Part shown: one piece after another, positions 48,701 to 56,854 of the stretch
Layout: every line of letters starts with the position of its first letter
Numbering within the stretch: position 1 is the first letter of the stretch
DNA from: Alistipes sp.
Lineage (GTDB): Bacteria; Bacteroidota; Bacteroidia; Bacteroidales; Rikenellaceae
Length of the DNA stretch: 64,000 nt
Direction of reading: 5' to 3'
Assembly: GCA_017398045.1 (NCBI GenBank)
Contig: JAFQHI010000026.1
Span: 99,513 to 163,512 of the forward strand
Translations under genes and position numbers: made by a program
The notes under the pieces: model-generated
What the model was told of the DNA's origin: nothing
The model's input: the letters and a program-made list of their open reading frames with translations, nothing else
The model's database searches: none

Positions 48701-48975
48701 CCTCGAACTTCGTGGAGGATGCTTCGTACCTGCGTCTGCAGAACCTGACGATTGGTTACTCGCTGCCCTCGAAGTGGCTCAAGAAGATTAAGATTGAGAA
48801 AGTTCGCGTTTACTTCACCGGTTCTAACCTCTTCTGCCTGTCGGGCTACTCGGGTCTGGATCCGGACGTGAATACCGATACCGATGGTGTGGATGGTTTC
48901 CCGACGCCGAACTACGATTTCAACGCTTATCCGAAGGCTCGTACCTACACTTTCGGTCTTAACGTAACCTTCTAA
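45739..48975 (+). CDS. susC: SusC/RagA-family TonB-dependent transporter
   Basis: EDVVVIGYGT, EPLFIVDG, DAASTAIYGARGANGVILITTK, YPKARTYTFGLNVTF. Confidence 0.95.
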   Translation: MKNFTLKFVLTVVLGWCFAFAAEAQTVRGVVKDAAGEPVIGAAVIVEGTTLGASTGVDGSFTLNVPDAKNNVLVVSYIGMTEKRVAVAGKTSVEVVLEEDATGIEDVVVIGYGTVKRRDLTGSVASVTGEKLAANPVSNIAEALQGQLPGVQVTSQDGRPGGSVSIRVRGGGSITQSNEPLFIVDGIQVSDISDIPADNIESMDVLKDAASTAIYGARGANGVILITTKGGQKDQRLKVNYNMYYQLRTLADVQDGMNAYDMVYSTWSYATAYGETYADNVATYYGLGSKYGNHLNEYKNMAVHNYADDIMQTATAWNHDLSLSGGNDKTQYYAAVNYTDGEGVRVKSGYRRWGANVKLVQKLAKTLTFNADLRYSDVRTDGAQYGTASTAFRFRPIDNPLGSGIAADLGMGSSNVEDVNNPVNIIDNYTTYRFHQRIRAASGLTWQPFKGMTAKTELSLSRNWSETQDWDAGLQNGYSTAKLSKSDGYGVRWATTLNYEVQGLGDDHSLTILAGNEVLSSKSNSSSITGAGYPSEFTMEDAFGMINMTDSSLGKDGFSANIGTPNHTLSWFGRVNYSYKGKYLLTATFRADGSSKFAPNNQWGYFPAAAAAWRISDEPFMENTRDWLDNLKLRVSYGTSGSDNISASLWQSTWNSGTVTIDGVVTPVYNPGSMKANPDLMWETTTSRNVGVDFSFWNGRLRGAIDAYWNSTDDILMKMPIDASSGYSYQFQNAAKTSNKGIEVGLNADLVRKKDFNLSLNLSYSYNKSNIDELDENALADVHTGWGSSMRMPYYDYIIREGQPIGLIQGYVSDGYYTIDDFNVGADGSYTLKEGVPDNTAASTYPQSLRDNFKTPKGQNAFPGMVKFKDVDGDGTVTSDDVDVIGETLPKHTGGFTLSGRWKNLDFAAAFTYQIDGKVYNATAMHAMMANKDTSFGQNRLAFIGDTFKYYAPDASGDLRFVSDPAELAELNKTTKYASFMNEYGLTTSNFVEDASYLRLQNLTIGYSLPSKWLKKIKIEKVRVYFTGSNLFCLSGYSGLDPDVNTDTDGVDGFPTPNYDFNAYPKARTYTFGLNVTF

Positions 48976-48996
48976 TAACGAAAGGAGATTAACATT

Positions 48997-51135
48997 ATGA
49001 AAAAATTAGTATATTCTTTGCTTTGTGTGGCGGGTCTTGGCTTTGCCACCTCGTGCAGCGACTATCTTGAGGTAAGTTCTCCTTCGGTAGTTGACTCCGA
49101 CTTCGTATTCTCGAATACGACGACTGCACGTGCTGCCCTCCACGGTGCTTATGAGAAGTGGCGTGGTCTGGCTAACAGTAACGTATTCGGTGCCGGTCTG
49201 TTCTATGCTTCGGATATCGCCGGTTCGGATATGGAGCGTCACCCCGAGGCCTTCACGAACCAGCCCGGTCGTCACTGGCCCGAGACGCTGTACCAGAATG
49301 GTAACTACACTTCGTCGTACGATATCGACTCCTACAACTCGGTAGAGCCGACCTATACGGGTCTGTTCGACCTCATTGGTAAGGCTAACGCCGTAATTAC
49401 CGCCATGGAGGCCATGCCGACCTTCGAGGAGATTATGTCGGCCGGTGAGCCTTCGGGTATCAGCCAGATTTATGGTGAGGCTATCGCACTGCGTGCTACG
49501 GCCTATCGTGAGCTGATTAAGTACTTCGGTGATGTTCCCTATCAGACCGTATTCGGTGAGTTGGCCGAGGGTTTGGCATCGCGTGACTTCATCTACGATG
49601 CTTGTATCGCCGACCTGATTCGTGTTGAGCCGTTGATGTATGTCCTTGGTAAAGCCCCCGATTTCGATGCTTCGGCCAAGAACTACTTCTCGCAGACCTA
49701 CGTGCAGGGCCTTATCGGCCGTATGTGCTTGGACGCTGCCGGTTATCAGACCCGTCGTACCGACCTCGGTGCCGATTTCTATGTAAACGGCAAGGGTGAG
49801 GTGATTACCTTCGAGAAGAAGGGTACGGACCACCACGGTGCAACCTATGGTCGTCGTTCGGATTGGAAGGAGCTTTATGCTACGGCCAAGACCTACCTGA
49901 AGAAGGTGATTGACAACCCGGGTACCGCTTCGTTCGTAACGGTTGACCCGCGTTCGGCCGAGGGCCAGCGTCAGTATGGCAACCCCTACCAGTGGTTCTT
50001 CCAGGAGATGCACAACTCGGATGTAGGCTATGCTACGGAGTCGATTTACGAGTATCCGCAGCAGGCCGGTGGTTCGACCGAGCGTCCCTACTCGAGCGGT
50101 CGTCCGTCGGGTGGTGGCGGTTCGAAGGCTACCCCCTGTAAGTCGTATGGTCAGGCTCGTATCCAGCCCGCTTTCTATTATGGTATGTTCGACCCGAACG
50201 ATATGCGTCGTGACGTGTCGGTTGCCGTAACGGGTTCGTCGGGTGCCGGCTATGAGGTGCTGCTCAACTTTGCCATGGGTTCGACCACCAAGGGTGGCGG
50301 TCTTGCCATGAACAAGTTCGATGAGAACCGTCAGGCTGCTCCGCAGGTTGCCAAGCAGCGTCAGTCGGGTATCAATGGCCCGTATATGCGTATGTCGGAG
50401 ATTTACCTGTCGTATGCCGAGGTATGCGCCGCTACGGGTGATGCAGCTACGGCCAAGGAGTACCTGAAGAAGATCCGTGAGCGTGCATTCCCCGCAGGTA
50501 TGGCTGATGTGGATGGTTTCATCGCTGATTGCGGTGGTGACATCCTGACGGCCGTTCTCGAGGAGCGTGCCTTTGAGTTTGCCGGTGAGGGTGACCGTCG
50601 TTGGACGCTGATTCGCAATGGTCTGCTCGGTGACCGCGTGAAGGCCATCAAGGAGCTGACCAAGAAGATGATTGACGGTCTGAAGACCAATGGTTACTAC
50701 GAGTTTGAGAATGGTAACATCATCTCGAGCCATGTTTATACGAAGCAGGTTGACGCCAAGACCGAGTATGGTTTCCGTCTGACGGCTCAGGCTCCCGATA
50801 CGACCGATCCGGTACTCTATCCGGGTTGGCGTGGTCAGGCTGACGACTGGGAGACGTTGGGCAAGTCGATTAAGTTCAGCTATGGCACCGCAACGCCCGC
50901 TACGAACCTTGCTATCAAGGGTCTCTTCGAGCAGGTTGATGGTGATGCCCTCGTGGCCGACGGTTGGAAGAAGAATGACTGGGGTTGCAAGATTGCCGAG
51001 TTGGAGACGGAGTATCTGACCAATGTATTCCTGGATTGGGACTACACGTCGGCTCCTATCTACCTCTATCCTTATCCTCCCACGGTCGTTGCTACGGCTA
51101 ACTTCGTGAACGGTTACGGTTTCCAGAACGAGTAA
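48997..51135 (+). CDS. susD: SusD/RagB-family surface lipoprotein
   Basis: Lipobox ATSC-SDYL, GEAIALRA, YFGDVP, MRMSEIYLSYAE, EERAFEFAGEGDRRWTLIR. Confidence 0.93.
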   Translation: MKKLVYSLLCVAGLGFATSCSDYLEVSSPSVVDSDFVFSNTTTARAALHGAYEKWRGLANSNVFGAGLFYASDIAGSDMERHPEAFTNQPGRHWPETLYQNGNYTSSYDIDSYNSVEPTYTGLFDLIGKANAVITAMEAMPTFEEIMSAGEPSGISQIYGEAIALRATAYRELIKYFGDVPYQTVFGELAEGLASRDFIYDACIADLIRVEPLMYVLGKAPDFDASAKNYFSQTYVQGLIGRMCLDAAGYQTRRTDLGADFYVNGKGEVITFEKKGTDHHGATYGRRSDWKELYATAKTYLKKVIDNPGTASFVTVDPRSAEGQRQYGNPYQWFFQEMHNSDVGYATESIYEYPQQAGGSTERPYSSGRPSGGGGSKATPCKSYGQARIQPAFYYGMFDPNDMRRDVSVAVTGSSGAGYEVLLNFAMGSTTKGGGLAMNKFDENRQAAPQVAKQRQSGINGPYMRMSEIYLSYAEVCAATGDAATAKEYLKKIRERAFPAGMADVDGFIADCGGDILTAVLEERAFEFAGEGDRRWTLIRNGLLGDRVKAIKELTKKMIDGLKTNGYYEFENGNIISSHVYTKQVDAKTEYGFRLTAQAPDTTDPVLYPGWRGQADDWETLGKSIKFSYGTATPATNLAIKGLFEQVDGDALVADGWKKNDWGCKIAELETEYLTNVFLDWDYTSAPIYLYPYPPTVVATANFVNGYGFQNE

Positions 51136-51155
51136 TCGAACTTCACAATAACATT

Positions 51156-51190
51156 TGCGAGGACTCCTGTGTGGGTCCTCGCATTTTTTT
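51156..51190 (+). terminator. susD terminator
   Basis: tgcgaggac / gtcctcgca plus T7. Confidence 0.75.
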
Positions 51191-51348
51191 ATCATTAACA
51201 CGCGAAAAAGAATCCGAAGGTTTTGCAATTTGTAAAAACTATCGTATATTTGCACCCGATTTCCCGCCTGAAGTTCGCTGTGGCGTAGGGGCGGAGAGTC
51301 AAGGCTCTTTGAAGCATGAAGAAAAATAAAAAAATTATCCTCAAAAAT

Positions 51349-51379
51349 TTTGTTGGTAAATTTTTTATGCATACTTTTG
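51349..51379 (+). promoter_or_regulatory. Promoter of the tRNA-tuf operon
   Basis: TTTG (51349) and TACTTTTG (51372-51379), 21 nt before tRNA-Thr. Confidence 0.65.
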
Positions 51380-51400
51380 CAATCCGAAACGGTTAAAATT

Positions 51401-51473
51401 GCCGATGTAGCTCAGTTGGCAGAGCACTTGATTTGTAATCAGGCGGCCGTGGGTTCGAGTCCCTCCATCGGCT
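51401..51473 (+). tRNA. tRNA-Thr(TGT)
   Basis: GCCGATG/CATCGGC, cttga-TTTGTAA-tcagg, GGTTCGAGTCC. Confidence 0.95.
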
Positions 51474-51540
51474 CAATCGAGGGGACTTGAGCAAGGGGGG
51501 GGGGAGGCTTGAGAAAGTGACACCTCGCGAGCAAACAAAA

Positions 51541-51623
51541 GGGAAGTTACCAGAGTGGCCAAATGGGGCAGACTGTAAATCTGCTGGTTTTTACCTTCGG
51601 TGGTTCGAATCCATCACTTCCCA
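51541..51623 (+). tRNA. tRNA-Tyr(GTA)
   Basis: GGGAAGT/ACTTCCC, gcaga-CTGTAAA-tctgc, long variable arm. Confidence 0.95.
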
Positions 51624-51705
51624 CTTTAAGAGTGCCGGTTGGAGTTGCAAGTTCCGATTTCGCTCGTCGAAACGGAGGTACTGCTCTCTGATGCGGTGCG
51701 TTTTT

Positions 51706-51781
51706 GCGGAAGTAGCTCAGTTGATAGAGCATTAGCCTTCCAAGCTAAGGGTCGCGAGTTTGAGCCTCGTCTTCCGCTCCA
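51706..51781 (+). tRNA. tRNA-Gly(TCC)
   Basis: GCGGAAG/CTTCCGC, ttagc-CTTCCAA-gctaa, encoded CCA. Confidence 0.93.
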
Positions 51782-51871
51782 AAGTCGGGGGGTCGGGTCA
51801 GCAAAATGGCTCGATGCCCGGCGTTAAATGAAACAAAGAGACATTTTATATACTTTAAAACTTATACAACT

Positions 51872-53059
51872 ATGGCAAAAGAAAAATTTGACCGTTCGAA
51901 ACCGCACGTGAACATCGGTACCATCGGTCACGTAGACCACGGTAAGACGACGCTGACGGCCGCTATCACGACCGTTTTGGCCAAGAATGGTCTGTCGGAG
52001 CTCCGTTCGTTCGACTCGATTGACAACGCCCCCGAGGAGAAGGAGCGTGGTATTACGATTAACACCGCACACGTTGAGTATCAGACCGCTGGTCGTCACT
52101 ATGCTCACGTTGACTGCCCGGGCCACGCCGACTACGTGAAGAACATGGTAACGGGTGCTGCCCAGATGGACGGTGCCATCCTCGTAGTAGCTGCTACGGA
52201 CGGTCCGATGCCCCAGACGAACGAGCACGTTCTGCTGGCTAAGCAGGTGAACGTACCGCGCATCGTTGTCTTCCTGAACAAGTGCGATATGGTTGACGAT
52301 CCCGAGATGCTTGACCTGGTTGAGATGGAGGTTCGCGACCTGCTCTCGAAGTATGACTTCGACGGTGACAACGCTCCTATCATCCGTGGTTCGGCCCTTG
52401 GTGGTCTGAACGGCGAGCCCCAGTGGGAGGAGAAGATCATGGAGCTCATGAACAGTGTTGATGAGTACATTCCCATCCCCGCTCGTGAGAATGAGAAGCC
52501 CTTCCTGATGCCGGTTGAGGACGTATTCTCGATCACCGGTCGTGGTACCGTAGTAACGGGCCGTATCGAGACGGGTATTATCCACGTAGGTGACCCCGTT
52601 GAGATTATCGGTCTTGGCGAGAAGTCGCTGACGTCGACCTGTACGGGTGTTGAGATGTTCCGCAAGCTCCTCGATGAGGGTGAGGCCGGTGATAACGTAG
52701 GTCTGCTGCTCCGCGGTATCGACAAGAAGGAGGTTAAGCGCGGTATGGTAGTTGCCAAGCCGGGTTCGATTAAGCCCCACACCCAGTTCAAGGCTGAGGT
52801 TTATATCCTGAAGAAGGAGGAGGGTGGCCGTCACACGCCGTTCCACAACAAGTATCGTCCCCAGTTCTATCTGCGTACGATGGACGTAACCGGTGAGGTT
52901 GCTCTGCCCGCAGGTGTTGACATGGTGATGCCGGGTGACCACATTACGATTACCGTTACGCTGATCTATCCCGTCGCTCTGAACGAGGGTCTCCGTTTCG
53001 CTATCCGCGAGGGTGGTCGCACGGTAGGTGCCGGTCAGATCATCGAGATTGTTGAGTAA
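51872..53059 (+). CDS. tuf: Elongation factor Tu
   Basis: [39 protein letters not shown]. Confidence 0.99.
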   Translation: MAKEKFDRSKPHVNIGTIGHVDHGKTTLTAAITTVLAKNGLSELRSFDSIDNAPEEKERGITINTAHVEYQTAGRHYAHVDCPGHADYVKNMVTGAAQMDGAILVVAATDGPMPQTNEHVLLAKQVNVPRIVVFLNKCDMVDDPEMLDLVEMEVRDLLSKYDFDGDNAPIIRGSALGGLNGEPQWEEKIMELMNSVDEYIPIPARENEKPFLMPVEDVFSITGRGTVVTGRIETGIIHVGDPVEIIGLGEKSLTSTCTGVEMFRKLLDEGEAGDNVGLLLRGIDKKEVKRGMVVAKPGSIKPHTQFKAEVYILKKEEGGRHTPFHNKYRPQFYLRTMDVTGEVALPAGVDMVMPGDHITITVTLIYPVALNEGLRFAIREGGRTVGAGQIIEIVE

Positions 53060-53111
53060 TACGACACTCACACATAGAGAAGCGGTGCAAACCGCACCGC
53101 TTCTCACTTTT

Positions 53112-53185
53112 AGGAGCATAGTTCAAGGGTAGAATAGCGGTCTCCAAAACCGTTGATGGGAGTTCGAATCTCTCTGCTCCTGCCA
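53112..53185 (+). tRNA. tRNA-Trp(CCA)
   Basis: AGGAGCA/TGCTCCT, CTCCAAA loop, GTTCGAATC, encoded CCA. Confidence 0.94.
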
Positions 53186-53207
53186 AGATAAAAAAAAGGA
53201 AATTAGT

Positions 53208-53399
53208 ATGCTGAAATACATCAAAGAATCGTACAACGAGCTGGTGAACAAGGTCACGTGGCCTTCGTTTGCGCAGTTGCAGAGTTCGACGATCGTCGTG
53301 ATGGTGGCTTCGGCCATTTTTGCTGTTGTCGTGTTGGCAATGGACCTGACGTTCGAGAACGTGATGGAGTTTATCTACAAGACCCTCGGTAATCTGTAA
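53208..53399 (+). CDS. secE: Preprotein translocase SecE
   Basis: ESYNELVNKVTWPS plus one TM; canonical position. Confidence 0.95.
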   Translation: MLKYIKESYNELVNKVTWPSFAQLQSSTIVVMVASAIFAVVVLAMDLTFENVMEFIYKTLGNL

Positions 53400-53413
53400 T
53401 CGTCCTAAAAGTG

Positions 53414-53974
53414 ATGAGTGAGGTTAAGAAGGAGTGGTATGTAGTTCGAGCCGTTGGCGGTAAAGAGGCCAAGGTGAAGGAGTATCTCGATAAAGAGATA
53501 CGCCTTGCTCATTTGGAGGACTACATCTCGCAGGTACTGATTCCCACGGAGAAGTATTATACAATCCGTAACGGCAAGAAGGTCTCCAAGGAGAAGGTTT
53601 CGTATCCGGGCTATGTGCTGGTCGAGGCTGCCTTGGTAGGCCAGATTCCTATGATTATTCGTAATATCCCCAACGTGCTTGGTTTCTTGGGCGAGACGAA
53701 AGAGGATGGTCGCAAGATGAACGCGGCGCCCCTCCGTCCACAAGAGGTTGCCCGTATTCTCGGTCGCGTCGATGAGATCAACGCCATGGAGGAGGAGAAC
53801 GAAATAACGTATATCGTCGGCGAGGCCGTTAAGGTCACCGATGGCCCTTTCTCAAGCTTCCAGGGTACCATCGAGGCTGTCGATAACGAGCGCAAGAAGC
53901 TCACGGTATCGGTGAAGATATTCGGGCGCAAAACTCCGATGGAGTTGAGCTTCACACAAGTAGAAAAAGAATAA
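53414..53974 (+). CDS. nusG: Transcription antitermination factor NusG
   Basis: WYVVRAVGGKE, YPGYVLVE, KOW motif VKVTDGPFSSFQG, IFGRKTPMEL. Confidence 0.97.
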   Translation: MSEVKKEWYVVRAVGGKEAKVKEYLDKEIRLAHLEDYISQVLIPTEKYYTIRNGKKVSKEKVSYPGYVLVEAALVGQIPMIIRNIPNVLGFLGETKEDGRKMNAAPLRPQEVARILGRVDEINAMEEENEITYIVGEAVKVTDGPFSSFQGTIEAVDNERKKLTVSVKIFGRKTPMELSFTQVEKE

Positions 53975-53990
53975 TTAACAAAGGAAAACT

Positions 53991-54431
53991 ATGGCAAAAG
54001 AGGTTGCTGCATTTATTAAATTGCAGATCAAAGGTGGTGCCGCCAATCCTTCGCCTCCGGTAGGTCCGGCATTGGGTTCTAAGGGAGTCAACATTATGGA
54101 CTTCTGCAAGCAGTTCAATGCACGTACGCAGGACAAGGCAGGTAAGGTTCTTCCGGTCATCATCACCGTTTACAGCGATAAGTCGTTCGACTTTGTTGTA
54201 AAACAGCCGCCTGTAGCTATTCAGCTCAAGCAAGCAGCCAACGTACAGTCGGGTTCGGCCCAGCCTAACCGCCAGAAGGTAGGTCAGGTAACGTGGGACC
54301 AGGTACGTGAGATTGCTCAGGACAAGATGCCTGACATGAACTGCTTCACGATTGAGTCTGCAATGCGCATGGTTGCCGGTACTGCTCGCAGTATGGGTAT
54401 CAGTGTCGTTGGTGAATTTCCTAAGAACTAA
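53991..54431 (+). CDS. rplK: 50S ribosomal protein L11
   Basis: [23 protein letters not shown]. Confidence 0.98.
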   Translation: MAKEVAAFIKLQIKGGAANPSPPVGPALGSKGVNIMDFCKQFNARTQDKAGKVLPVIITVYSDKSFDFVVKQPPVAIQLKQAANVQSGSAQPNRQKVGQVTWDQVREIAQDKMPDMNCFTIESAMRMVAGTARSMGISVVGEFPKN

Positions 54432-54439
54432 AGAAGAAG

Positions 54440-55138
54440 ATGAGTAAGTTGACGAAAAACCAAAAAAACGCCATCGCCAAGGTGGAGGCCGGTAAGGCCT
54501 ACAAGCTCTCGGAGGCTGCCGCTCTTCTGAAGGAAATCACGTTTACGAAATTTGATGCTTCGGTAGATGTCGATGTACGCCTGGGAGTTGACCCCCGCAA
54601 GGCAAACCAGATGGTACGTGGCGTGGTAACGCTGCCCCACGGTACCGGTAAGGTGGTACGTGTGCTTGTTCTCTGCACCCCCGAGAAGGAGGCTGAGGCA
54701 CAGGCTGCAGGTGCCGACTTCGTAGGTCTGGACGAGTATGTAGACAAAATCAAGGGCGGTTGGACGGACGTAGATGTTATCATCTGTACGCCGAACGTCA
54801 TGGGTAAGGTTGGTGCGCTGGGTCGTATTCTCGGTCCCCGCGGTCTGATGCCGAACCCCAAGACGGGTACGGTAACGATGGACGTCGCAAAGGCTGTTCA
54901 GGACGTTAAGGCCGGTAAGATCGACTTCAAGGTCGATAAGTTCGGTATCGTTCACACGTCGGTAGGTAAGATTTCGTTCAATGAGGACCAAATCGTGGAG
55001 AACGCGAAGGAGGTACTCAACACGATTATCAAGCTCAAGCCGGCTGCCGCTAAGGGTACTTATGTGAAGAGCATTTATCTCTCGACCACGATGAGTCCCG
55101 CTGTGCAGATCGATCCCAAATCAGTAGAAACCAAATAA
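54440..55138 (+). CDS. rplA: 50S ribosomal protein L1
   Basis: [28 protein letters not shown]. Confidence 0.98.
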   Translation: MSKLTKNQKNAIAKVEAGKAYKLSEAAALLKEITFTKFDASVDVDVRLGVDPRKANQMVRGVVTLPHGTGKVVRVLVLCTPEKEAEAQAAGADFVGLDEYVDKIKGGWTDVDVIICTPNVMGKVGALGRILGPRGLMPNPKTGTVTMDVAKAVQDVKAGKIDFKVDKFGIVHTSVGKISFNEDQIVENAKEVLNTIIKLKPAAAKGTYVKSIYLSTTMSPAVQIDPKSVETK

Positions 55139-55156
55139 TAAGGAGGAAAGTTAGAG

Positions 55157-55681
55157 ATGACAAAGGAAGAAAAACTGGTTGTAATTAACAACCTCGCCGA
55201 GCAGCTCGAAGCATATCCTCACTTCTACATCACCAACATTGAGGCACTGAATGCCGAGCAGACCGCTGCTCTGCGTCGCAAGTGCTTCGAGAGCGAAGTG
55301 AAGCTCGTAGTCGTTAAGAATACGCTCTTCACGAAGGCTTTGGAGAAGGTAGAGAAGGCTGATGCTGATTTGGTGAAGACCCTGGAGGGTCCGACCTCGA
55401 TCATGTTCACCAACGTAGCTAAAGCTCCCGCGGTCCTGATTAAGGAGTTCCGCAAGAAGGCCGATAAGCCCGTTTTGAAGGCTGCCTTCGCCGAGGGTTG
55501 CGTATATGTAGGTGACGACAAGATCGACGCACTTTGCAACATTAAGTCGAAGGAGGAGCTGGTTGCCGATATCGTTGCCCTGCTCCAGTCGCCGGCCAAG
55601 AATGTTATTTCTGCTCTGCAGGGTGCTGCAGGTCAGAAGATCGCGGGCCTCGTAAAGACGCTCGAGGAGAGAAACAATTAA
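55157..55681 (+). CDS. rplJ: 50S ribosomal protein L10
   Basis: VVKNTLF, SKEELVADIVALLQSP. Confidence 0.96.
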   Translation: MTKEEKLVVINNLAEQLEAYPHFYITNIEALNAEQTAALRRKCFESEVKLVVVKNTLFTKALEKVEKADADLVKTLEGPTSIMFTNVAKAPAVLIKEFRKKADKPVLKAAFAEGCVYVGDDKIDALCNIKSKEELVADIVALLQSPAKNVISALQGAAGQKIAGLVKTLEERNN

Positions 55682-55720
55682 TCACAAAAGAAACAAACAA
55701 AATTTTAATAATCTACTACT

Positions 55721-56095
55721 ATGGCAGATATCAAGAAACTTGCTGAAGAACTGGTTAACCTGAAGGTTACCGAGGTAAACGAACTGGCTCAGATCCTCAA
55801 GGAGGAGTATGGCATTGAGCCCGCTGCTGCTGCTGTCGCTGTTGCTGCTCCCGCAGCTGCCGGTGAGGCCGCTCCCGCCGAGAAGTCGACGTTCGACGTT
55901 ATTCTGAAGAGCGCCGGTCAGGCTAAGCTCCAGGTCATCAAGGCCGTTAAGGAGGCTGCCGGTCTGTCGCTGGGCGACGCTAAGGCTCTCGTAGATGCTG
56001 CTCCGAAGGCTGTCAAGGAGGGTGTCTCGAAGGAGGAGGCCGAGGCTCTGAAGAGCTCGCTCGAGGAGGCTGGTGCAGAGGTAGAGCTGAAGTAA
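55721..56095 (+). CDS. rplL: 50S ribosomal protein L7/L12
   Basis: [30 protein letters not shown]. Confidence 0.98.
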   Translation: MADIKKLAEELVNLKVTEVNELAQILKEEYGIEPAAAAVAVAAPAAAGEAAPAEKSTFDVILKSAGQAKLQVIKAVKEAAGLSLGDAKALVDAAPKAVKEGVSKEEAEALKSSLEEAGAEVELK

Positions 56096-56132
56096 TTCTT
56101 CAGGCTGCTATAAGCACGCCAAACTCAGAAAC

Positions 56133-56169
56133 AGGTATAGTGGCTTACCAGGTAAGCCCTATACCTTTT
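56133..56169 (+). terminator. Terminator/attenuator after rplL
   Basis: aggtatag-t-ggcttacc-a-ggtaagcc-ctatacct plus T-run. Confidence 0.7.
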
Positions 56170-56192
56170 CTTGGTCTAAACACCCCGGGTGC

Positions 56193-56315
56193 CAAGCGAG
56201 GGGCCGATGTGTAATGCACGGGCTGTCAAGCGAGGGGGCCGATATGTAATGCAAGGGCTGTCAAGCGAGAGGGTCGATGTGTGATGCACGGTCTGTCAAG
56301 CTGGGGGTCGATGTG
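56193..56315 (+). repeat. 34-35-bp tandem repeat x3.5
   Basis: caagcgag.gg[ct]cgat[ga]tgt[ag]atgca.gg.ctgt units at 56193, 56227, 56262, 56297. Confidence 0.8.
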
Positions 56316-56527
56316 AAGAAAGCGGCTCCGTATTTGGAAATTTGGAAAGGTGTGAGGACTTTGAAATTGCTCCCGCAAAACGCTTATAATGAGTGTTTTT
56401 GCTCGGGAGCATTCCGCGGATAAAACGGGGGTGGCCGAACTCCGTTACGCCCAGAATGGGGAAAGGGTGTAGATGAAGGTCGGTGCGCGACGTTTTTATT
56501 CGCGTGGGGCGCGGCTCCTGAGCCGTA

Positions 56528-56742
56528 AGAGTGAATCCCGTCATCGGGCTCTTGCGTTTCAGGAGGTGGACTCCACAAAACGGACCGGACAACAATGTGT
56601 TGCAGAGTGAACCCCGGCATCGGGCTCTGGGAACACATCGAGTCAACGGGCGAGGGGCGGTGAAAGCTCCTTCCGAAAACGGTCAAAGAGGTCGCCATAG
56701 GGCATCTTATCGTTCGCAGAGTGAATCCCGGCATCGGGCTCT
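56528..56742 (+). repeat. Three 25-bp palindromic repeats
   Basis: agagtgaa[tc]cccg[tg]catcgggctct at 56528, 56604, 56718. Confidence 0.8.
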
Positions 56743-56854
56743 GGGGAGCGGCATCAAGGCGACAAACAACATTTCCCCAAGGTAAAAAGTGATGGGTCGC
56801 GCATCGTCGGATATGAGGATGCGTAACGCCCGAAAAAATTAGGTTAATTTACCG

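Noticed and set aside
51495-51504. Poly-G10 between tRNA-Thr and tRNA-Tyr (also G8 at ~45403)
   Set aside because: Lies in a processed spacer or far from any start; no plausible phase-variation target.
56528-56742. CRISPR array
   Set aside because: Only three repeats, spacers of 51 and 89 bp, no leader or cas genes.
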